Below are positions 49,496 to 59,521 of a stretch of DNA of 64,000 nt, piece after piece. The translations under genes and the position numbers were made by a program. Source of the DNA: Neoechinorhynchus agilis (Eukaryota; Animalia; Acanthocephala); the NCBI GenBank assembly GCA_051530055.1, contig CM121341.1:15726784-15790783 (forward strand), given 5' to 3'. A model generated the notes under the pieces. It was not told where the DNA came from, searched no databases, and saw only the letters and a program-made list of their open reading frames with translations. Position 1 is the stretch's first letter; the number at the start of each line of letters is the position of its first letter.

Positions 49496-51328
49496 GAATC
49501 TTATAAGGATAGTGGCCAATATAAAGGGAATCAGGATGAATTGAGCAAAATAATTGGGAGGGCGGCCATATTTTCGTACGACCGATTGGACGCCAATACT
49601 GTTCTGGATCTTCTTATTTCCAACGAAATCGACGACTCAGTCACTTTGGTTATAGGGCAACAATCTCCACAATTTCTGCAGGAACTTACTGGTGGGAGAA
49701 TTGATAGGACAATCAAAACCGAAGAATCAGTTCCTTTCATTTTGGATTTCACCAATGAACTCAAATTAATTCGATGGATTTATCTGGCTGACGAACAAAA
49801 GGTTTGTTTAGTGTTCAAATATTCGCTTACGCTGTTCGATCCGTGAACTATAAAGCAAATTTCACTTCTCAAATACCGAGATGTGGTTAGTGAAATAGAA
49901 ATTAAAAATGAGACTTGCGACGTCCTTGGAATTATCGGGAACGGTTTTAGTGCCTACGTTTACTCAATTATGGGACGTTCAAGTGGACGTGTATGTATAC
50001 GCTTAAAGAAAGATCGAATAATCTTTTAAATCCAGTTCTATGCGTTAAAAGTAGGAACGGCTTTCACTGCGAAGAGAGAAATACAAAATGAGGTTTCGAT
50101 TTATAAAAAATTAAATGGAAAGATATATCCGAATTTGTAGTAAGTAGTTCTAGGTTTTGGAAATTGTGCATGATCATCTGCTCGTGAATAGCTGGAATGG
50201 CGATGTAGCATCGTATCCTTCGCTTGTAACCGATTTACTCGGCGGCAGTTGTCAACAACTGTTTGAACTCAACAAGTATCGATTTCCTTCAATGCAATCA
50301 GTGATTGGTTTGGCAATACAGGTTATTGCATACTTTTGTTCGCTTTTCCCCTGGGTATAAATGTAGATGTTGCACTGCATTTGGGATTTCCACAAGTTAG
50401 GATTTATCCATTGTAGCATTAAACCAAGCAACTTTGTATTCGGTCTCGAACAACAATCTAGTAAGGTTAGAAAACAATGACAATGACGAGTTTATTTCAT
50501 GGATTTTTCCGAACATCAAGCTTTATTTGATCGATTTCGGAAAATCTATAATGATCGCGATTCATTGCACTTTCTTTAAATGAGCCACGATCTTTTACCT
50601 GCGCAACTGAAACCTCGCAAGATTAATGCAAAAATGACAAGCTTTGCTTCCTTGAATTGTCTGCATGGATTTATTGACAGGTCAGAAAATTTGAATATAT
50701 TCAGTCGACTGATTTTATGTAAGCCTAGAAAATTAAAAATTTATGTGAAATGTTTAGAACAATTTTTTATACCGCCACCGAATTTTTGTAGAAATTAAAC
50801 GTCCTCCTACACTTTGGAATTTAAAAAATAGCGAGGAAATAATCTTGGTTTCTATGTAGGCAATCTCGATAATTATAAATTATTATATAGGTTTACATGA
50901 ACATTACTATGTTGACTGCGTTGAAATCTTCATGCAAAATATGCTTTTTGGATTCTTCATACAAATTTAATATTAAAATTTTTATAACACTTTTCAGTCG
51001 CCGCGACGATGTCGAGTCGCTTCTGTACAGTCTTCTATATTTTTTAAATGGAGGATATTTCCCCTGGTCACCGTATTCCTCGGATATGGGTGAGCCTGAT
51101 GAGCAACTTCTACTTCAGACGAAAACCAACGAGATTATTTTCTCCTTATGTACGGTAAGTAACTTTAAATATACGAACTCGCAGTCAACTTACGACTAGC
51201 ATTTTCCGAAATGTTTAATCGACTGCATCACGTACTGTCAAAACCTGAAGTTTGAGCAGGAACCTGATTACGGGCTCATTGAAGAAATGTTGAAGGAATG
51301 TTTGAATAATAAATCACGAGATCATTAA
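49496..51328 (+). CDS. CK1/TTBK/VRK-family kinase-like protein (HRD to HCS), with unknown N-terminal extension (further exons upstream to ~48782 likely)
   Basis: IIGNG, YALKV, LVTDLLGGS, IHCSIKPSN, LYLIDFG, SRRDD.ESL.Y, FEQEPDY; seven GT-AG introns plus one TA-bounded insert. Confidence 0.82.
50549..50597 (+). other. TA-bounded hairpin intervening sequence in the kinase (47 nt removed)
   Basis: GATCGCGATTCATT/AATGAGCCACGATC stem; removal fixes a stop and frameshift after DFG. Confidence 0.72.
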
Positions 51329-51935
51329 ATGGAAGGAATCCAATCGGGGAAGTCGATTGTTAAAGAGTTTAAATATGGAAGGTAGAAAGTAAAATATTGT
51401 AATGAAACCTAACATGATCACAAGAGCGTTAATAATGAAATTATCAGTCTCGTCTTTTTTGGGATTGAACATGAAGCTTCCACGCCTGTAGGATTTATCG
51501 CAGTCTTTATGGAGACCTCATCATTTTAATGAAAGCACGATTGCTCTATTAAAATAGGTTTATGAAAATTCGACCGAAGTGGTACATTTTATATTTGTAT
51601 CGCCAGTAACAGACCAACAATAGTCGAGCAAAAGATCTTTTCGTATAATTCAAATGCTTGATGTTCAGTGTTAACGGGACCCAATTGCTTAATACCTTTC
51701 ATTTGCATTTATCTAAATTTTATTAGACATAAAAGTGAAAAAACTTAGTAACATGAGTTATGCCGCAATTGATTAATTGTTTTTAAATTTATATTATACA
51801 GGATTCAATTGTCATCGATAATTTAATTTTTCAGGCTTTAATAACAGAAATCGTACAATTTTATTCATTCGTTTTACTGTTTAATCACCTTTCGTAGTCT
51901 AAGGCCGTCGAACGGTCATGCTCGTTCTTCTAATG

Positions 51936-52175
51936 ATTGAAATTCTATCCAATTGTTCCTTCGAGTGGATGTGCATTCTCAATGGCGAATTGTAACACAC
52001 TCGAGATTTATTGAACTCTTCATTGCAAATTTTCAAGGCCTTAGTCTCCTTCTCAAGCGTACCAACTTAGGTACCCCCACCACATCCATTTGTAGATGCT
52101 TGAGAAGGAGGCTGAGGCCTTGAAAATTCCCAATGAAGCGTTCAATAAATCTCGAGTGTGTTACAATTCGCCATT
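51936..52175. mobile_element. Family F2 fold-back copy, opposite orientation to 7997
   Basis: Same arms and tail. Confidence 0.7.
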
Positions 52176-52238
52176 TATGATGATTGAAATGCTTATTTCT
52201 TATAATTTAAAATATCATCATTAAATTTTTGTTTATAC

Positions 52239-52503
52239 CTTCTTGTCCGGCTTATTTCTAGTCATAAAGCCAAACCAATTACATCAGAGAAGTGATATAA
52301 CCACATAGTCTCTAATGCACGGTTAAGAGTTTGTACATTCCTCCGGATCCTCAGATACCTCCGGGAGGCGAGACTCATCAGTGAGTTTCCTCCCTTCAGC
52401 GGTATTTCGTCCCCTTTGGCTGTGCGTCATTGGTGGTAACGGATTCGAACCACTTGACCCCTAATCGGGATCACGGGCATTAGTCCACTTGACCACCTCG
52501 ACA
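52239..52503 (-). mobile_element. tRNA-derived SINE, most complete copy
   Basis: A box TGGTCAAGTGG, B box GGTTCGAATCC; body homologous to 37455-37950 and 22380-22520. Confidence 0.8.
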
Positions 52504-53389
52504 CAACTACGAAATGTCAAACTCAGCTAGTTTTTCGATTCAGGTTGAGCGCTGTGTTCTATTTTAAGTTTTTTACTGGTAAGCCGGTATTGTTTTTATC
52601 ATCATTAAATTTTAGTTTATCCCTTCTTGTCCGGCTTATTTTTAGGCAAATTTTTTCCGCCATATAGAAACATTAATAATTCAATCTTTAAAAAATTCAC
52701 GAATATGAGAAATGATTACAATTTGATTTTTAAAATGCTAAGAATTTTTTCAAAGATGTAATTAAAAATCAAGCATTTCGATCTCTATCGCTTAATGTTT
52801 TTAGATATATGCATATTTTATTATTATAGCAGCTCATTCTCATTGCATTGGGCTTGATGTAATCCAAAAATTCCTAATTTATGTTTTCAATTAAACATTT
52901 TGTCCTGTCATTTAAATTTATGTATAAACTTGAACATTCCTTAATAACATAAAAACATTAAGACTATTAATGCTGAACTTAGCCGACAGTTTTTCGACCT
53001 TTACAAATGAGAAAAATCTAGCATTCTAAATAGACATTTTTCGAAAAAATTCGCCGATATAACAACAGGATTTATTCATTATGTTAAACAAGTAGATGTA
53101 AGCTTAACGAAATTATGAAATCTAACGTTCAATACGGGAAGCACAAAAACCCTTCAACTCTCCGGCCCATGGAAACGGCGCGACCTCTCGAGAAAAATAC
53201 TAGGCCGGGGACACCCCACGTTTTCCAGATAGCTTGAGCTTACGATGGATTCAAGACTAACTTCAACGTTCGTTTAACAATTTGGTTGCCTAATTTAAAA
53301 AGTTTTTCATCCTATTAATATCAGTTTTGGGGGAAAGATTAACTGTATACGTGTACCCTAGAACTTCTTTGAACTTTTCTCGCACTTGA

Positions 53390-53715
53390 GAGGTCGATCT
53401 TTTGAGCATTGTCGGTTTTCGTCTTTGTTCTTCTCCTTTCCCAACGTCTTGAGATCTCCGCTCACACTGTCCTTCCACCTCTTTTTGGGCCTTCCCCTTC
53501 TCCCGTCGTTGATCCGGTAATCCTGAATAATTTTTCACAAACCCAGGGCGCCGGGTTCGCGCGTCGCATGAAGGGAACGCCCCAGCCTGATCGATCGGAG
53601 GTATTATACTTGACATTGCTGATGTGTCTTTGGCTCAAGGTTTTACGGCCGGATGCCCTTCCTGACGCCAACCCTCTCCATTTGTCCGAGCTTGGGACCG
53701 GCACCGACTCGTCCC
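53390..53715 (-). mobile_element. Bipartite non-autonomous RTE derivative (5' UTR joined to RT 3' end)
   Basis: RTE-type 5' motif GTCCCAAGC.CGGA.AAA..GAGGGTT.GCGTCAGGAAGGGCATCCGGC.GTAAAA followed by RRGRPKKRWKDSV.GDL coding remnant. Confidence 0.75.
53637..53713 (-). ncRNA. Putative HDV-like self-cleaving ribozyme (RTE 5' UTR type)
   Basis: P1 GACG/CGTC, P3 CCG/CGG with loop GTCCCAAGC, GG for P1.1, J4/2 CGTAA, P2 GGT/ACC. Confidence 0.55.
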
Positions 53716-53719
53716 GATG

Positions 53720-54780
53720 AAACGTGTGCTCTAGAATACGTAAACTAAGAGGCGTGTCGACGTTATCCGCTCTTGTATCCTTGGATAGATTGAGGGACAA
53801 ATTTATACGTGGTAAAATTGCGTTGAGGTAGTCGATGCATTGCCTGATTAGACATTTGAGTTTGGCAGCTATGTGGGCAGGAGCCCATGACCAATACTTC
53901 TTGAATTCAGAGCATCCTTTGTAGAAAACGGAATGTTTACCGTTGCAGTTAGCGCAGCGCTTGATTGATTTGTTCAGGCAGCTCTGGGATGAATGTTCTG
54001 TTTCCGCGTGAGAACGACATTTTGGAGTAGGCGAGTTAGGGCATTGTTGAGTCGCAATGTGGAAAAATATAGTCATCTTGATGACATCCCGATTTTTGTG
54101 TGAAACGTATTTCGAAACAATTGAATGCACAGTACGTCCTCTCACATAGATCATTTCTTACTTGTCTGGAACCTTCCACCATGGCTATTGAAATCGGGCT
54201 GCCTGTTTTGCGTGAATTGAGAAAAACTTAATCGAGCTAAATTCGGTTAAAGTCCGTTTGCTAAGAATTGCACTTTTTGAGTGACAGATTTGACCGAATA
54301 TACTTCACTCGGAAGATTGGCGCTACCGAATTCCTATAGACTGGATAACCAATCATGGTTAATCAAGTAAACTCTTGAGATTTCTCTATAGTAGGTAAAA
54401 TGATCGATTCGTTTGACACGGTCGTTTTTGAATAAGCGCGCCCATGGAGCAACGTTATGATTGTAAATCACGTCTTTAGGCATTAACGGGCTCGATTTAA
54501 TAGTGAGGATGTGAGGCAATCTTTTGATTGGATAAACCAAGTATCCATGCTGAGATCCGATTGAAGATGTCGACTATTGAGTAATTCTTTGTTTTTTATA
54601 ACCCTCCAAGAGGAGCTGAGAGCTTGGGGTTTTTCTTGAGTCAGAGAGCAGTTGCTCTCAGAGCTCTGGGGATAAAGAAACCCTAAGAGCATTGGGTGAC
54701 CGTACGCCATCCTCCACCGCAACATCTTGTTGCGCACACAAAAAACTGATATATTCGAAGAAGGCAGGCGAATAATTTGT
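53720..54780 (-). mobile_element. I/Jockey-group LINE ORF1 (gag-like) remnant
   Basis: CANCNGKHSVFYKGCSEFKKY zinc knuckle; related to 55821-56465. Confidence 0.7.
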
Positions 54781-54879
54781 ATGAGACAGTCATTGTCGTG
54801 TTAGTCACCTACCTACACGTCCAACCATTTTAACATTTTTGATGCGGACCAGGAGAGGTGCTGACCGAAGGGGTAGGGA

Positions 54880-56990
54880 AGCTTATGTAGAGCGATGAGA
54901 AATGTCGCTTAGTGACGAATGATAATAATTGCATAGTAAAAAGAATTTAGTTTTTTTTGCATTAAAAATACGGATATTAAGAGCTGAAAGTTTAAATCTC
55001 TTGTTTAGAAGAACATTGCTTTCGAAATCCCAAAAAATCAAATCATGCCCGCAAGTTCGGAAAAGAGCGAATTGGGAAGTAACTGTCGGTTTAATCGTAC
55101 ACGACTTATTCCAGCAGCAAAAGTCCAAGTAGGAAGAGGTAGAATTGGCGGTGAAAGTAGAGTGAGGTCGCAAAATAATTGAATGCGATGCGGTAGCTCG
55201 GGTGATGGCTTTGGTCCATTTATGCGAAGGGTCGTTGAAATCTCCGAAAAGCATATCTACCCCAGATTCCAGGATATTTCTTAAGATAAAGTTGTTATGT
55301 GCCAGGTATATTTTCCTTGGGCGTACGTAGACGTTACCGATTAAAAATTTCCTACCGTCAACGAAAATAGAAAAAATAATATATGAGAGGTCAGTTGTTG
55401 CGTGTTCGGAAATTCGTACGGGATGAAGGGAGTGCCTGATCATCTATAGAAGTCCTTGCGAGTGGTTAGGAAGAGGCATTGTGATGAAAAACGAGAATTC
55501 TCCTGCTATATCCTTGAAATTGCTGGGAAGGTGTCCAGCGTTTGATATAGACTTCGTCTCTTGGATTAAGATAATGTCGCTCCTCGCCAGTTCATGGTAT
55601 AGTCTGGGAAGGCCTATTCGCCCGCCTGAATTCCACTGCACCAATCTCATGCCTTTTGCTTACCTTTCCTGATGTTGATTGTTCGGCTATTATGGCTCTG
55701 ACGTACTCTTCGTTGTCGTCAATCTCGATATCGGTTGCCGAGGAATTGAAGTCCGAAGTTGTCCGAAGTGGCCTCCGCACTCGCTTTTGAGGCACATGTG
55801 AACCGGTGGCCATGGTCTTGTCAAATTGATGTCATTAACGAATCAAAATGTTTAATAAGCCGCTGCTCAAGATGCTGCATGGCGGTGTTAATTCTCAGAT
55901 CCACTATCTTCAATATCCTGGCACCGAATTGCTCGAGTTTGTTATCCAGATCATTGGGGGAAATTTCCGTAACGTCTTCAAACGACAACAACCCCACCGG
56001 TGCTTCTTTCCTAGGCAACGAAGGTACTTTTGAATGACTCGATGATGTGTGATTGTTCCACGCAGTCCCCTGATTGACAATATCCATTTCCTTCCGTTGA
56101 GCCCATAACACGTACTTTTTGAATTCGGAGCAGGATTTAGCAAAAGCACGGTGGCCCGTTTGACCGCAGTTGGCGCATCCACGAATTGTTTTGGGACAGT
56201 TTTCATTGCAATGTTCCTCTGCACAGAAGGGGCAAATATTTCGCTTCATAGGGCATTTCTGCGCCCAGTGACCCAATTTCTGGCAGCGATTGCACCTTGG
56301 ATAGTGATAATCATCATAGTTAGAAATGTCATTGGCGATGAACTTAATTTCCGTAGCTTGGAAGAAGCACCGTCTTGATGTTAGTTGATCCCTAACGTCC
56401 ACTGCCGCTTTAGCGACAGAACGCGGGATAAGTGCTCCTGATTTTCTTGATTTTAGTAAGAACAAAATCCTACATCCATATTTTCGCTCGAAATCCTTTC
56501 GATCTTCGGAATCAATGTGGTGATAGACCCGACACTAGGAAGGTGGATTCGTAAGTGCCCACGGTGACAGATATTCCACTTTTATCGCAGTGTTTGTCAA
56601 CGAAATCCGCGAACTGTTTTACGTAGTTGTTACCGACGAAATGAATTTTGATTTTGCCGGCGAAATATGAGATGGACTTTATTCGTTCTCGGTCGTCTTT
56701 AATCGTTCTGAGCCAAGGAGTTATGAGTCTTTGATGCATTATTTCTCTGGACAAGATTGGGTTTGATATTAGAATGACCGTGTGAGGCCATCTTTTTGTG
56801 GGTCGATCTATATATTTGGGGTTGTCTTGATCGTTTGAGAGAGTTTTCGTTCCCTCAGTCGAAGATAAGTCATGAGTATTGGGTGGCCATATGTCACCCT
56901 CCTCCGCAACAACAGGTTGCGAAAACATTGATGGTTGTTGCGTACACATGTCAACGCTGAAAATCGACCTCTGATATAATTTTTGATATT
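54880..56990 (-). mobile_element. I/Jockey-group LINE: ORF1 with three zinc knuckles plus APE, truncated
   Basis: RCNRCQKLGHWAQKC, CPFCAEEH, CANCGQTGH; APE LVQWN, ILIQET, GNVYV, GDFN, YLDF. Confidence 0.85.
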
Positions 56991-57184
56991 ATCGCTATGG
57001 CATAAATCAGCAATCGATGTACACTTGAATATTTATGTGATGTGTGTGTGTTTTGAGTGCGCGTTAATAAAACTAATAAACCAATTATCCTCTATATATA
57101 AATGTCCGATACCGAATGTTGTGTTAGATAAAGACAATACAATCGTAAAAATGAAAAGTAATTAAGTTCACCAGCACTTCGAAT

Positions 57185-58876
57185 TTATTGCAAATTAAAA
57201 CGTTGAACCATTTTTCGAACAAAATTCCCTCTTTTTCGTCCTTCTCTACATTTCCTTGTCCAAATTTCGTTTTGTTGATGTTCAAATAATTTCTTCATAT
57301 GAAATACGTGCCCATTTGAACTTTTGTTGGTTAAATTTTCACGTTTTATTTCTTCGTCATTCATCGTCACCTCCTTAAAAACTTTCGAGAATTCGAACAT
57401 ATACTTAAGCTCAGCAACTGTACGGTGTTCAAAATCGATCTCATTGACATCTCCGTCATATACATCATCAGATGACCAACTACTCCGTCCTCGTCCAGAG
57501 TCACTTTCAATCTCAACAGCATGATTTTTACTCTGTAGCTTGTCTAATTGCTGATCGACTTTAATAGGTTCAGCTAAATCTAGGTCTCTTGTACTCCCAA
57601 TCTGCTCCGGTTCAATAAGTTGCACATTGTTTACATCGCAGCAATCTATTCTGAAGGACTCTTCGCTGATTTCTGTACTACTGATTGTATATGTTGAACC
57701 TGTATTAATTTCTTTATCGTCGTTAGCTTTCACTGTAATCGCTTCTATTTCGTTTTTGTCTTCGAGCGATGAGAGATCATCTGATGAGATTTCCTGATTT
57801 TCCGCACATTCGTCACTATCGGAAACGTTTTTTAGACACTCGCTCACTGAATTAGTTAAAACATTAAGAGTGTTTGAATAAGCGTTTGTTCTTTTAAATT
57901 GATCACTCTTACAACTAAAAACCATTCTGTATATTCGTAGCTCATTGTCTGGCTTGGTGATCAAAAAGTGGGTATCCTTTGACGTTAGGCAAACCAATTC
58001 GCTATTCAGCGAAATATCATTAAACGTATCGCATCCTCTTCTACACAAATGGGTTTCGTAAGACGTTAATTGATGTTTTAGTGTAGACACCTTCAATTTT
58101 TCGGTTGAAATACTAAAAACCGTATCTGAGGGATCTACTTTTATACTCATAAAAGGCATTCTGGTAGCCCTTGAGGACATCCTAGCGATCACTATACCGG
58201 ACACATTTTGTCTGATGGTATATATCCAGCGCTCAAAGAATATTTGAACTTGAAGGAAATGCTCACCATTTTCGGTTCTAATCTTCTTGATTCGAACGCT
58301 TTTCATTAATCGCTTCTGGGTGGCTAGATCATCTTTGTTGGCTGTTTCGAGAAATGCCCTTAAAGCTTTATCAAATCGCCAAAGCGAAGCAGACGTTTTA
58401 CTGTGCCAAGTCTTATTTTCTCCAATGAGGTTTTCAATTAAAACAGTTTTCGATGCCCAATTCAGATTGACGCTGTTTTCTAGTGATTGATCTCCGTTCA
58501 CTTTTTGTTCATTGCACGTCTCAATTGTAAAAATGCCTGTGTTCGACGTCGAAAGTGCGAGTTTAACGGCATCGGTTGAAGCAAATATGTTTATGCATTT
58601 TGATTTTAAAGAATAAGAATGCGGATCGGTTTGGGAGGGTCTGTATGCAACTAAGATACTGTTGTTTAGTGACTTTATCCGAATACACCCATCCAATGAA
58701 ATTCCTACACTTATTCCGTTTGTCAGATTTAAGCAGGCATGTCCAAGTTTCGTGTCTGTTACTTTGATCCACTGAAAGCTTTTTCTGTGCCATTGCTCAT
58801 CGATTGATTTATTCATATTGGTTAGGTGTATCAATGAGCTATTAGTTTTTAGAGTGATTACATCAAAGGGGTTCAC
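57185..58876 (-). CDS. Intronless 563-aa orphan protein (beta-rich N-terminal ~330 aa, acidic low-complexity C-terminal part)
   Basis: Long uninterrupted ORF in AT-rich DNA; no family recognised. Confidence 0.7.
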   Translation of the reverse strand: MNPFDVITLKTNSSLIHLTNMNKSIDEQWHRKSFQWIKVTDTKLGHACLNLTNGISVGISLDGCIRIKSLNNSILVAYRPSQTDPHSYSLKSKCINIFASTDAVKLALSTSNTGIFTIETCNEQKVNGDQSLENSVNLNWASKTVLIENLIGENKTWHSKTSASLWRFDKALRAFLETANKDDLATQKRLMKSVRIKKIRTENGEHFLQVQIFFERWIYTIRQNVSGIVIARMSSRATRMPFMSIKVDPSDTVFSISTEKLKVSTLKHQLTSYETHLCRRGCDTFNDISLNSELVCLTSKDTHFLITKPDNELRIYRMVFSCKSDQFKRTNAYSNTLNVLTNSVSECLKNVSDSDECAENQEISSDDLSSLEDKNEIEAITVKANDDKEINTGSTYTISSTEISEESFRIDCCDVNNVQLIEPEQIGSTRDLDLAEPIKVDQQLDKLQSKNHAVEIESDSGRGRSSWSSDDVYDGDVNEIDFEHRTVAELKYMFEFSKVFKEVTMNDEEIKRENLTNKSSNGHVFHMKKLFEHQQNEIWTRKCREGRKRGNFVRKMVQRFNLQ

Positions 58877-59521
58877 CGTTTGGTTACGACTAAAACTCGC
58901 AATTAGCTCAAAACATGAAAATTGGCATGTTACTCATAATATCCATGAGTTGTTATAATGAACAATAAAACAAATACTGCAACTGAGTCCCACGAGCATG
59001 CTTAATGGCCGTGACGAATACATAAAAGCGTTGAATCGTTTTTCAAAGTTTTATGAACATTGAAATTTTACTTGCATTTTAACCGGGGTTCCGTGATCGA
59101 TGAAATTTCGATAAAATCGAAAAATGTTGAATATTTTTGCCTTTTTCAAAAATTTGCAAGTGTGATTTTTGAAGTGTCGATATCCAAGTTAGGAATGGTT
59201 GAAACGTTAGATCCTGAAAATGCCATTAAAAACCAAGCTTGAATATTCGCTGGCGATGATCTACTCCTGGAGACATTAAAGTGTGATTTACCACTATGAA
59301 ATTTCCATTTCAAAACGTATTTCCTAAATTTTGATTTTTGGTTTAAAACAATTCATCGCCGCCGTTCACCAAATATAGAATTGCGCGTTTCAAGACTTCT
59401 ATAATGGATTCTGAACGTTATTGATTTATGACTGTTTGGGTTCGAGAAACACCCTTGTCCAAAAATCAATCACATAGAAGACAGTGTATTCTTCAAGCAC
59501 TCGCATCCTAAACTCAAGATC

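Noticed and set aside
39305-50597. GA-AG 32-nt introns (both starting GATCG) as the explanation for CAD-2 and the kinase site
   Set aside because: Possible locally, but it does not explain the terminal hairpins or the other six sites; kept only as an alternative to test.
52325-52395. Resemblance of the SINE plus strand to the V-SINE central domain (GAGTTTG...CCTCCGG...GTTTCCTCCC)
   Set aside because: Recalled similarity only, patchy and antisense to the tRNA head; not supportable without an alignment.
52430-52503. Functional tRNA gene
   Set aside because: A and B boxes are present but there is no clean cloverleaf, and the head is fused to a repeated body; it is a SINE head (likewise at ~37680-37750).
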